A stretch of 57,102 nucleotides of DNA, the filler included, from Sphacelaria rigidula (taxonomy: Eukaryota), in assembly GCA_964200075.2 (NCBI GenBank). It is 6 parts of 6 records of this genome, joined end to end, with 100 filler letters (N's around TTAATTAATTAA, not from the genome) between each part and the next. Parts side by side here need not be neighbours in the genome. Positions count along the whole stretch, not along the records: positions 19,071 to 28,503 come from CAXNAA020008509.1; positions 28,604 to 38,036 come from CAXNAA020008510.1; 4 more parts are not named here. The stretch is one strand, 5' to 3'. The notes below the pieces were generated by a model, which was not told where the DNA came from, did not search any database, and worked only from the letters and a program-made list of their open reading frames with translations. The translations under genes were made by a program, and so were the position numbers. This document shows, piece by piece, positions 25,684-37,323 of this stretch. How positions within the stretch are numbered: the stretch's first letter is position 1; each line of letters opens with the position of its first letter.

Positions 25684-27206
25684 GCCCCTGGTAAATATTT
25701 CTTCATTGGAGTGCAAACAACGAACATCGGATCAAGATGACCTTCCCTCGCGGTCAAAGAGCATGATAATAAGTCACCGGGACGTGAGTATGGCTTTTAA
25801 TGGCGACATGCGCCCTTTTCACTCTATCTGTACACGATGCTCACGGGCACGCACGTGCACCTCAAGTTTTGCCCGTCTAAATTTCCATCCCTCGCGTTTT
25901 CGTGTGCTGGGGTACCATGAGGGCTAACGTTTCAAGAATAGTGTAACTTCATACCCGCAATGACTGACGTTCAATCAATCCATAATTTCATGACTAATAC
26001 TAGTCCAGGACACGGACGCTTCATGTACATGGGGATCAGAAGGGGTCCAGGGACGTCTGCCTCGCAGTCTTCCTATGACGCGCTCTATTCGCCATGTTTT
26101 CGGCGTGTGCTCTGGAGTGTGTGCACACAGCAATGGGGCTCGTGTGTTGTGTGTCGTGCCGGAAGGGCGGTAAACCCTTCGGGCCTGTCGGCCAACAGCA
26201 TGTACATCTAAAGACCAAACCGAGGGAAGACCAAAACGGTATTTTTGCTGGGGACTTCGGGGGCAAATCTTCTTCCCAAAACACCGTAATGGTGAGGATC
26301 GAGCGGACTTGGGATTGTTGACCAATAGAAAAGACAGAGCCCAACATCCAAATTTGGTCTTCACATCACCGTAGTTGGTTGTTATTTAGTAAGTTAGTTC
26401 GTTGTGGTCCCATCTCTTCTTGACCCCAGTCTACACCTTTTCGGTATATGTGGGCGCAGCAGCTGGGGTCACACGGGAGGAAGGTCAACAGAGGAGCTTT
26501 TTCTTTTTTGCTTGTTTCTAGTACTCCACCTTCCTTCTGCGGTGCTTGTCTTTATTTTGTAACGCGACAGGAGCTCAGCTGTTCCTTTCCCTCGTCGACC
26601 GTTGAATGGAATTTGATGGGATCTTCAAAAGCTGGTTGTTGAAACCAAAATCGGGTTACAGTCCGCTCTTGCTCTGAACTTGAAGACCAGAACCGAATTC
26701 GGTCTGCGCAAACACCCTACTACTATAGCACGACGTTACAAATATCCGGACGTATGACCAATGCCGAGATAGCCCCCCCGCAAAAAAGTGCACCGGAGCC
26801 CGTCCGATAAATCGGCTGCGATCCCACTAATGGGCTCGTTTGCAGCAATTTCGTCCACATGAGAGGCGTGTACCAGTCCGAAATCAGCTATAACGCACAA
26901 ATGAGTCTCGTCGTGCACCACGAAACCAGCCGTAACGGCATTTATGATCATCGCCTCCGTGCACTTTTTTGGTCGGTTCTGGGGGGGGGGGGGGCTATCT
27001 CGGCAGCCGTTTTTTGAGGGAGGGCAAATTTACGAAGCAGGACGAACCCCCCAGGCCGGAANNNNNNNNNNTCGTGAACCACAAAACCTGCCGTAACGGC
27101 TTTTATGATCATCGCCTCCGTGCCCTTTTTTGGTGGTTTCTGGGGGGGGGGGGGCTATCTCGGCAGCCGTCTTCTGACGAGAGGCAAATTTACGAAGCAG
27201 GACGAA

Positions 27207-27944
27207 CCACTCAGGCCGGAAATGTAGGTACAATTTGAAAAAATGGGAATGTAAGAACGATTTGGATATATACGTGTCCGTGACGTCCCAGCTCTCCTAG
27301 ACGCGTGGAAACGTATCCAAATAGTATCACGGTGGGATGCGAGGGGGAAAAAATGTCAGGATGACCAGGGGACACCAGGATACCATCCCCGGGTTTCTAC
27401 TGCATGTAGGGGGGAGATGTGTGGTCTCGTCCATTTCGTCCTACCTAATATGATGTTCTACCTTTTCCAGGAGCATGAAAATACATGCACATGTGGTTGG
27501 AAAAGTGGGGATGCAAGACAATATTCCCCGAGCTGAACAAGGGATGAAATAATATCGTCCCCGGGTTTTCAACGCAGCAAGCCCTGCAACTCTCTTGTAG
27601 GCGCCCTTCTTCAAAACACCGTTGTTGCTACTTTGGACAAGCTCATCTATCGCAGCCCTTCGCTCATCCACGTTAAGATTATTTCTCCTTGGCGTCTCGG
27701 CAGCAGTTTCAGTGCTGGACATGTCCGTTCACACTGTGGGAAGGTATCTTATCACCACTTTGCAAGCAGCGAGCTCTGTGTACTGCTGCGGAGTGCTGGT
27801 GCATGTGTGTTTTTTCATAATTCGCGCGCAAACGTGTCAGATTGAATGCGGGAGGGGTTAAAAAATCGGTTAGAAAAAATTGACCTACAGCAGAAGTTAT
27901 GCCGCAATATGTCCAAATCGTACCTACATTTCCGGCCAGAGTGG
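27207..27944 (-). mobile_element. Internally deleted Tc1/mariner element with a transposase N-terminal fragment (27722 to ~27580)
   Basis: 31-bp TIRs CCACTCWGGCCGGAAATGTAGGTACRATTTG with TA at the right flank. MSSTET...DERRAAIDELVQSSNNGVLKKGAYKRVA resembles the N-terminus of plant/oomycete mariner transposases. Confidence 0.8.
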
Positions 27945-28884
27945 TATGTTCTTGAGCTACGTGACCCATCATACTCAACACCAAACACTTTATCGCCAAT
28001 CAACACACAAGGGGCCCGCTAACGCCCATGATCAGACAATCAAATGTTGTTACCGAGGCGACACCAAGCAGCAACCGATGAACACAGACACTACATATCA
28101 CAACAAACACCGTAAAACCCTTATCTCCCCACGTTTAGGAACACGAATCGCCCATCGAAGTTGGCATCGTTCAAACGACAGCAAATCGTTTGTGCCGACA
28201 CAGTCTCCCGCCTCTGCAGAAGAATCCCAACATGGGGTGTGTGACGTGCGATTCGAACCAACACGCTGCTTCCGGCGCTATGCCAACCCTTTTCAACACA
28301 CTGACGCATGGGGTGTCTTATCTTCGACCCGCAACATACTGCCCATACATTACCCTCCCCTCCCCGCCGCTATAAAGCTGGTCCGGCGAAAACCCGGCGT
28401 GCTTCATCCCGGCTTTGTAGGGATGCGAGGTCAACGGTCTTATGACTATGGCATGCGAGGTCAATGGTCTTATGACTATGGCATGCATGATCATGAGTAC
28501 ACCNNNNNNNNNNNNNNNNNNNNNNNNNNNNNNNNNNNNNNNNNNNNTTAATTAATTAANNNNNNNNNNNNNNNNNNNNNNNNNNNNNNNNNNNNNNNNN
28601 NNNGCACTCAAACCACCAAGCGCGAAGCACCGTGGTGTGTTCGGCGAGTCGCATGAATGGGTGGGCTGCATCCTGCTAAGATTGTTCGGCTCGAAGCCTA
28701 CTGATTATCTTGCATTTGAATGACAGCCTACGATGAGTTGCTTTATTATCTGGTACCGCCGTTTCCAGAGGCAGCCACGGCTGTTACACTGCCTCATGGG
28801 TGTCTAACCAGGTGGTGGTGGTGGGGGGTGGTTGTTGTTGTTGTTTTGATTCTTACTCTTGATGTTGTGTGTTAGCAATCAGTA

Positions 28885-29065
28885 GTTGAAAAACGTTTGT
28901 TTGGCGAGGGTCGACGCGGTGCGGGAGTGCCGGTCAAGATCCAATCCGCGAGACTGAAACGCAAGGCGTGTGCCGGGGAGATACGGGTCGATCCCCTGAG
29001 ACCACGGACTCGTCCCGAGGAACGGGAGGGGTTCAATGTGCGACAGATAATAATAAAAAAGTGAT
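28885..29065 (+). repeat. 3' part of SINE family B
   Basis: ACCACGGACTCGTCC...GGGGTTCAATGTGCGACA matches the reverse complement of 54482-54530; A-rich tail. Confidence 0.7.
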
Positions 29066-29126
29066 AATAAAAAGTAAGCATAAATAAATTCAATTGTGTT
29101 AACTTCGAATTTTTTGTCGTGCACAG

Positions 29127-29196
29127 GACGCTCCGGGGATCTTCAAGGTGCCTATGCGACGTCGGCCACAGCACCAACTGCCACAACGGCACCCAA

Positions 29197-29233
<37 letters not shown>

Positions 29234-29411
29234 ACAATTCCAAGAGCAATTACAATCTCCACCTTCCACATCAACCATTCCGATTCCCGGGTCCGGCAGC
29301 GGCGAGTCGTTGCCGCCGTCCACCGTCTCCAGAGGATCCTCCTCCTCCTCACCCCCTCAGCGAAGCGCGCAGCTCAATCTGCCGCCCCCGACGCGAATCT
29401 CGCGAAGCAAT
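29127..29411 (+). CDS. Unknown protein, Q/S/P-rich exon
   Basis: CACAG acceptor and AAT|GTGAGT donor; open frame DAPGIFKVPMRRR...QQQ...ISRSN; phase 0/0. Confidence 0.7.
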
Positions 29412-30060
29412 GTGAGTCGAAAATCTTGTACCGTACAGTGTGGCGTGATGTGCTCTTCGACGGAACCCACTGCGCGTTGTTGTCAGAGCGCAATAATCGG
29501 CGACAGACAAGCAGAGAAGAAGCTCCAGATGCTGCCTTTCAAACCAACTAACCCCAAAACAAACCCGAAAGCTTTGCACCTCTGAGCCGTGAAGCCTCGG
29601 TTGAGTACGGCCGGGTTGGGGAGAGGATGAGAGGGTCCAGCCCTAGAGGGTGGAATGAACGGGTTTGAGATGGCCTGAAGCTCACGGTGCTTTTGGAGGT
29701 GTTGCTCAAGTGTTGGCATACTGAGACAGCGCCGATGTGTTTTTCCAGGGCACAAAACTACGTGGGCTGTGCGTGGGGTAGATTTGGTGACCCTATCTTG
29801 GCGGTGTGTCCATGCCTGCAGTTTTACTTTGACTTCCCTGTTTTCATTTTTTGGTTGTTCGTCGTAGATATGTTTGTGTGTGTGTTTTCTTTTGTTTTTC
29901 GCTTCTTCCACGACTAAGTTCTCGTACGGTAAAACGCCGTTTTTTCGCAAGCAGGAACAGAAGCAGAGTGGTGCAACATCGCTCTGGGCTGTAGTGATTT
30001 CGGCGTCTGTACACATGTACACAAACGGTACTACACGTCGGACAAGTCAACTCACCTTAA

Positions 30061-31200
30061 CCCGTTTGGAACCGTTGATGGAAAATTGACGATTTACATT
30101 TGACGTTTTTTCGGGCAAGAATTGGTTGTTTTTCTACAGCCTTTAAGGAAACGATTCGCCCAAAGCGTGTTCTTCAGACCCGTGCGAATGGAACGTGGAA
30201 GAGAAAAAGGTTGCCTGTTTTACGGGTATGACGAATTCTTCGACCCGTCGGTGTTTTCTAACCCCCGCCAGAGTGCATGGCTGACCTTTCGTTAAGCAAT
30301 CTTCACGCCGCACCTGCAGTAGATGCTTCGTGCCGCATCATGGCAAGCCTGCGGCTAGGTTGCGATAACAAAGGCGACGCCGACGGCACACTTACCACAG
30401 TGATGCCCCCTCCACTGTCTGTATATGGAGACAGTCATCGTCAGGCCCTGTGGGGATTTGTTCACCTGCTCCTCTGTACTGCGTGTGATAATGATATTTT
30501 CATCTTATTTCAAGTATAAACTCACGTCGTGCACGTTACTGTACTCTGTCGTCCGCGTTTATACCATACGGCACCACACTGCGCTTTGATCATTCCATAA
30601 CGGCGACGAAGATGCCATGTACCCCGCCGTTATACATACTCCTGGTGCAGCTGAACGTGAAATGCATATGGTTCGCGCTTTAGCGCTTCCACATGTGGCG
30701 ACCGGATTTTCACGTGCTCCGCCATATCGCTGTCGCCGGCCGTATCTTGTGGCTTCCCGCTCACGCACGCGAACTCTTGATGATCCAGCCCACCAGAACG
30801 GTGCACTACTCTAACTTCAAGTATACCAGTGCGCGACTCTAACTTCAGGTACACTAATATGACATATTCCTGCACCGAACTCAAATTGAGGTATTTCACA
30901 GATTCTACTCACAAAAATCACATATATAGGAGTTTGTACCGTGCGAGAATTTTTGTCGATGCACACAATTGGACACACTTCGCCCGTCGCGTGATATTAT
31001 GGACAAGCCCAACTCGACCGCTCGGGGTTTTTTCATTTGTGGTACATCCAGGACGTGTGCTTCTGGAGTCTGCTTTTGTCTTTCACAGTAAAAGTGGTTG
31101 CCGTAGGTCTTTTCTGTTTACATATTTTTTCTTTGTCAGGGGTTCTCATAATGAGGTGTCTGACCCGGGGACGGGACGGGACGGGAGGGTTCCCAAAGGG
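30061..31200. mobile_element. Non-autonomous piggyBac-like element (1140 bp)
   Basis: TTAA|CCCGTTTGGAACC...GGTTCCCAAAGGG|TTAA. Confidence 0.85.
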
Positions 31201-31568
31201 TTAATCAAGTGGACTCATCTTCGTATAGCTCAGCCCTGAGTTATGCGGTATTACTCAGTGGCACCTATTTCCACCGGCTGAGTAATACCGCATAACTTGG
31301 CGTTACCTATTTTTGCCGCACGACTTTCACGGCGTAACTTTGCGGTACTTAGTTTAATCGGCTGAGTTACATGGAATAACTCAGCGAATTGGACTTCAAT
31401 GCTCTTCTTTCAGGGTAAAGTAATACTCTAGTGTATGAAACACTTTAGCTTCGGCGCCCGTCCCCTTCTTCCCTGAATAGCACAGTTTTAGCTGAGGATG
31501 TCGTAGGCAGCAGTTGTGTACTCGACAAAAAAGTATTCTCCGACCGAAGGGCTGCGGCCTCGTCTTAA

Positions 31569-31684
31569 CCCTTTTGGAACCCATTGACGATTTCTGTTTT
31601 TGTGAATCGGCATCATTTTCAGACATTTTCAAGTCAGAATGATGCCGATTGACAAGAAAAAATCGTCGGTGGGTTCCAAATGGG
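31569..31684. mobile_element. Palindromic piggyBac-like mini-MITE (116 bp)
   Basis: TTAA|CCCTTTTGGAACCCA...TGGGTTCCAAATGGG|TCAA; arms complementary over ~50 bp. Confidence 0.8.
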
Positions 31685-32367
31685 TCAAGCACCCCCCGTC
31701 CCCCCTTCCTCCCCGAAGTACATATCTGATATTTTAAAGGGTCGGGCAAATGAATGATTCGTCTGGAAATCACTTGATTTCAGTGTAATTGATTCGTACC
31801 ACATGAATCAATCCTCGGGCTTTGTTTACCGCCTTGCGCTGAAGGTACGAGCACTCCAGGCACGTGAAATGACGCAAAGATAACGTGGAAACCCTGTTGA
31901 CCAGCGGTCAACTTTTTTTTTCTTCTCTTCTCTCTTTCGAGCAATAAGGCCTAAAAAATCATGAATTTGGTGGTTCGAACCGGCAATGATTCGTCCGAAC
32001 GTTAAATACTTTTGTCCCCGCGGGTTGGATTAGTACCCCCGCGCTGCGTTGAGTATCTTCAAATGTTGCTTCTCACGCCTTCACGTTTTCAATGACGAGA
32101 ACCGGTCGCGTGCGATCTGAAGGAAGATATGCATCTGCCGGCAATCTCACCGTCGACCTCCCAATCTCACCGATTTTGACGTATGCGCTATTAATAGATC
32201 TTCGGGGTGCCGTGGTGGCTGACGAATGGAAGTAGTTACAATCGCAACGTGCGTTTCATGTGTCTCTTCTTGTCATAGTGCTGCTGGTGTCGTACAGGAT
32301 GCACGGCCGTATGAATGAACAGTATAGTACTTACTGTCTGCGCGGTTTGCCTCAGCACTATCAGCAT

Positions 32368-34084
32368 CAGTGTTGAATATCGAACGGAAAAAAAAGTTTG
32401 ATACGATATTTTGAACGTCCCGACCTCAAGACGTCGATACCGATATTTTTTTCGATACGCGGGAAATGACCCGATACGTATCGATACTCGATACTGATAC
32501 TCGATACGATACGATACGGCTGTTTTGGTGGGGACACAGCCTGCAAGATCTCCTGGTACTACACTGACACTAGCAACGTAATCCGAAGGGGGTGCACGCC
32601 TGATTGTATGAAGGTACAGCAGCACCAGTGTGTGATTTGTTATCTGACATTATAGAAGTGGCGGCACACCACGCGGCGTGATGTCTCGGTTAGACAAAAA
32701 TGGTTCATCGTGCAAGGGGCAAGTCGCAAAAGAGGTAGTTGATCACAACTCGAGGTGTGATGCATGATAAACAACGTTCTCGTGAGATTGAGAGTAGAGC
32801 GTTGATTGAGAGTGGATGTGATCATTCGCTTTAAGTTGGCCAATTTTTCATTCCGTTTGTTTTTCTTCGCTCCCATCACTGGCGTATGATAACAGCTACA
32901 CGTCGATATCCTACTCAGAGATACCACTGGCTCCAGTGGCAAGCTACAACACAAAGCATATCGGGCCTCGTCGACGGGCATTTCGGAACTGAAACGATTC
33001 ATTCACTCATTGACCGCTTTTCACTCTCGATCGTATCCTCTATTCTCAATCTCAAAAAACACTGTTGTTAGTGTGTTGTTCAAGCCGGTGATATACCGAA
33101 GTATATTCCGCCGCCACTATCCCGTCATGTTTCTACCGAATTCGAGCATATACCTCGGCTCTGCGCACTGCGCACTGCGAACGTTCCCATTATTCAATAA
33201 CAAACGCGCCAAACGTCGAAATTGGGCGAAGGATGATGAATGCACATGCGCGCTCGCTTTTTCTCTGCTCCATACCAAACAAGGGATAAGTCGGCAGCGT
33301 AGGTCCAATTTGTTCATTGTCGGCTACACAACAAAGTATACTCTCCAGATACCTAAACGCCAAAGCAATAGAATTTCAAAGCTTGTAGAAAAAACTGGAT
33401 ATGCTGAGAAGAGATGACCGTCTACCCTCGCACGCGATACACTCCCGTCTACTTGGAACATTCACAAGGCATCCGCGGTACTCTTTCGCCCCCTTTCTGA
33501 TGTCTGCACACGAGATACCGCCAAACTACCAACTGCAACGTGCAAACACTGTAGAAACGCCGGGCTTCGCGGGTAACTGTGCTTGCCCGCTCTCTGCACT
33601 CTTGGTTGAGGGCACTGGGGCGGCCACTGGTGCAGCAGCAGCCGCCATAGCAGACACAGATACAAGAAACGGTTCGGCAGAAACGTCGACCGTAGCAGAC
33701 ACAGATACAGACGGTTCGGCAGAAAAGTCGACCGCAGACTCTGCGATACCGCCTTTCACAAAGCCGAACGTCTGAAGGCGGCTCGTGTTGCAGAACGGTG
33801 TGGTTCGCAGTAAATGGCTGTGTGGTATGTGGTGTGTGGTGTGTGGAGTGTGGTGGGTGGCGGGATGGTGGGCAGTGGGGTGATGGGGGGTGGCATGATG
33901 TGCTGTCTACCACCCCCCCGGTAGAATACATAAATAAAAATTTCGACCATATCAATATCCGCTATTGATATTGATATTGATACGTATCGACAAATATCGG
34001 CTTGGGAAGCGGCGATACCGATACGCCGTATCGACCGATATTATCGAAATCGTATCGAGTATCGATATCCGATTTTCAACACTG
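32368..34084 (-). mobile_element. Non-autonomous hAT element (1717 bp)
   Basis: TIRs CAGTGTTGAAWATCG, exact 8-bp TSD ATCAGCAT and many subterminal CGATAC/GTATCG motifs. Weak decayed transposase-like pieces on the minus strand (VVWRY; ATGASGISE). Confidence 0.9.
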
Positions 34085-34419
34085 ATCAGCATACGTTCAG
34101 CATTTGTATACCTCAGGGCCATGTGACGGCAGGGAGCATGTGTGGATGTGTTGTACGAAACAACGAGCGAAGTTTATGAATGCCATGTATACACAGCTGC
34201 AGATCCCCGTGCGTACTTTTTTTCGGGGTGACGCGTGGTCAAGCTATCGACACAAACTCGCTGGATATCGAGATGCAGTTGATCCTCAGTGCTCTTCGCT
34301 GCGTCAAGCATCACCTCAAAAGTTGGGGAGAATTGTTTTAGGCGAACGATTTGGTAGATATAACAACGCTTCACTTCTTCTTTGTTTCTTACATCAATCA
34401 TTCTGTTGATAGTATTGGT

Positions 34420-34585
34420 ATTTTCTTTTCCCTTCCCTTCCTTCCCTTCCCTTCCCTCTCTTTTCCTCTCCTCTCCTCTCCTCTCCACTCCATTCCTGCA
34501 CCTGCTGATACTATTGCTTTTCTCTTTTCCCTTCCCTTTCTTTTCCTCCCCTTTCCTTTCCTGTCCTGTCCTGTCCTGTCTTCCA
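34420..34585. repeat. Pyrimidine-rich (CTTCC/CTCTC/CTGTC)n simple repeat
   Basis: Directly visible. Confidence 0.9.
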
Positions 34586-34919
34586 GCCCTTCTAGGAAAC
34601 TTGGAACCTGCTTCCGCTGGACAGAATATCTCGGTTCAGATTCACACACAAACTTGTTAGTACAGTACCGACAGCACACACACACACAGTGTAAATATCC
34701 TGTAGCCCGTTCGTTCTCCATGTGTGAAACGACACGATCCGCGATGCCCCCCTGTCCCCTTTTAATATTTTGTTTCAATCAGAAACCGCTGAATTCACAG
34801 GACGCCTGAGCATACACACCGGAACGATCCTGGAAAGATGTGTGGGATTCTGTTTTCTTCTTATCTTATCTCCGCACGTACCTCCCCGCCCCCCCCCCCT
34901 GCAAAAAAAAACCCTACAG

Positions 34920-35365
34920 AGCGTTGGGGACCGATCGGAAAGCCCACAGGGTCGATACGGCGCGAGAAGCGTGCGCCGCGTCACCACCGTAGGCTCGGCA
35001 TCACATCACTTGGCCAGCCTCGCGGGTGGAGCTGGAGGGGGGGTCGGGAGCGCCGCGGGCGTGGCGAGGGCCGGCATGATTGATGAAGAGGCCGAAGTGA
35101 TCATGGATCCAACTGTTGCGGCGGGCGTGGCCAAAGTGGGCGCCTTCTCGATACCCGGCGGCTCGGGCAGTACCCCTGGTAGGAATTACGGAGCTGGGCG
35201 GGAGGGGGGTGGATTAAGCTTGTCGCAACGTGGTGGAGCGGGGACAGGGGGGGAGGGTGCCGGCGGGCGAGACGCTGCTGCACGTTCACCTTTGACCCCG
35301 TCGAGGGTCGCGGCGGGCGGGGCTGGAGCCGGTGGGGGGCGCGCGGGGTCCCCAGCGAGGGCACG
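34920..35365 (+). CDS. Unknown protein, G/A-rich exon (probably the same gene as 29127)
   Basis: TACAG acceptor (phase 0) and CG|GTATGT donor (phase 2); GC-rich open frame SVGDRSESPQ...SPARAR. Confidence 0.75.
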
Positions 35366-36104
35366 GTATGTGTTTGTGTTGTTATTTCTAATATGTGAAC
35401 ACATGGTACTCTCTTCGGTGACCGTGCGAAACTACAGCAGCATAGGTGCCGAAGCGACCTTCGGATATTGTCCACCCCACGTTATTGAGAAAACTCGGAT
35501 CACCTTGTCCAAAGAAATCGATCAATAGTAACGAATGCTCACTCATACCCAATTCTGTGTGCATCTAGATTTGTTTTTGTGGTCTGAAATTTATAGTAGG
35601 TGCAGGGCCTGTGCAGAATGTGGTGGTGCCTAGCCCTGCAGCATGCTGTGTCTCACGGGAGACTGGCTCCCTGCCCTCTACCACGGGCGCTGTGTCGGGA
35701 CTCTAGTTGTAGAGTCTGACTTCCTGGATTCAGTAGTGTGGAGTTCACACCGTTTGATGTCGTTGGGTCATATTCCAAACACAAAAATCACTTAAGTGTG
35801 CCGGCATCCTCTGACATCGGAGCAAGTCTTTCCGAGCAAGTCTTTCCGAGATGGCATCGTCTGTCTAATTTTTTTTTTGTTTTTGAGAAAAAAAATACGA
35901 AGGACAAGCCAATGCACTGTTTGTTGTTGTTGTTGTTGAGTGCAAAGAGCAGTGGCTCAAAGGGTGTTGAAAATACATCGTAAAGGACATTTTGGACGTG
36001 AACCAGATGGTCGAAATAGGTCACCCAGGAAAAAGTATCTTCAGCAAGGTAGATATCCCAGACGTGCATACCTCATGATAACAAGTGTTATTAACTTTCA
36101 ATTT

Positions 36105-36518
36105 TGCGTGCCATTTACGGTCGCGGTCTTCATGTGTGAAGGTCGCGTATTGCACTCGTGTCAGGACGCACCGCATACGTACTTTGAACCCCCCTTCCCA
36201 AAAACTACACCAGGAGGAACGGGACGTGCTAGAGGGGGAAATGCGGGTCGTGATTGAAGGTGGCATGAAATGATTTGATGCGTTAGACAGTAGGGAGAAA
36301 ACAATGGCCACACCAGGAGATAGATGGTGGCCACAGACGGCCAAACGGGACGGGGATAGTATATGTAAAAGGTTTTGGTGTAATGTACGGAAGAAACGTG
36401 ATGAGCGCCGGAAGGTTGAAGGTGTCTCTATTAGGAGTGGGAACGGTGCTCCGTCTCGAAAGGGATGCGTAGTCAATGGTCAACCGACTAAGGCAAGCAA
36501 CAAATGAGTACGCCGCCC
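36105..36518 (+). mobile_element. 3' end of the RTE/RTEX-like LINE; shorter 3' ends at ~11878-11948 (-) and 56678-56783 (+)
   Basis: EERDVLEGEMR...GDRWWPQTAK...TKASNK* matches the element at 51455-53776. Confidence 0.85.
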
Positions 36519-37033
36519 CGTTCCTCAAAAACGAAGTTTTTTTTTTTTCCTACATTGATGAATTGATTGACAAATTGTCGCACCTTAACTGATTCCCCAG
36601 ATAGTCATGATCCATCTGCGGTCATCATCCACAAGATAAACTAACCTAGGGTGAAAAAAATGGAAACACCCTCGCCACAGGAAACTCGGGAAGAAGAAGA
36701 GGGGAAGAAAATAGAGGACAGGGCAATAAGACAACAAGGGAACAAATTGAGTGAAATGAGCGAACCCGAGAGAGAACTGAACAACAGAATGAATCGCCGT
36801 GTGTGGAGAGTACAATAGATACGCGGGTGTGAGCAAGTCTTGAGTGTTTTTTGCAATGTGGAGCATATGATGTGGCCTGCCTTTTTTCGATTGTGTATTC
36901 ATGCGCATGTGTGTGTGCACGTGTGTGTGTGTGTGTGTGTGCGTGTGTGTGCGCGCGTTCACTCTCTGCCACGGCCGTCTTGTGCCTTTTGCTCTAACCG
37001 TATCGTCATCCCCCATTCACTTCGAGTGCCAAA

Positions 37034-37067
<34 letters not shown>

Positions 37068-37152
37068 GCTGTTGTTGCTGATGCGTCAAATTCGTTCCTT
37101 GCGTTGGTGTGTGTGTCGATCGCTGATCGATGTCTGTTGGCGATGCCCCTAG

Positions 37153-37323
37153 CCCCGCGGCAATCATGCAGTTCTCTTTGGTGGTGGATGACCAGAAAAC
37201 GCTGTACGACTCGTACAAGGTGGCCGCGATGCAGAGCGGATCCGCTCGGATTGCGAGCACGGACTGGTCGCGAAATGGACTGACCAAGCTCCCGCCCCAC
37301 GTCATGGAGTTTCTCGCCGAGCG
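37153..37323 (+). CDS. Unknown protein exon (probably the same gene as 34920)
   Basis: CCTAG acceptor phase 2 fits the previous exon; PAAIMQFSLVVDDQKTLYDSYK...LPPHVMEFLAER; CG|GTGCGA donor. Confidence 0.7.

Noticed and set aside
19608..26604. Two small exons flanking the Gypsy element (INSSSTLVFYFFSEAP / RAQLFLSLVDR*)
   Set aside because: Splice signals are plausible, but the peptides are too short and unrecognisable to support a gene.
26925..27222. Tandem duplication of ~140 bp
   Set aside because: The two copies flank a 10-N scaffold gap, so this is probably overlapping contig ends.
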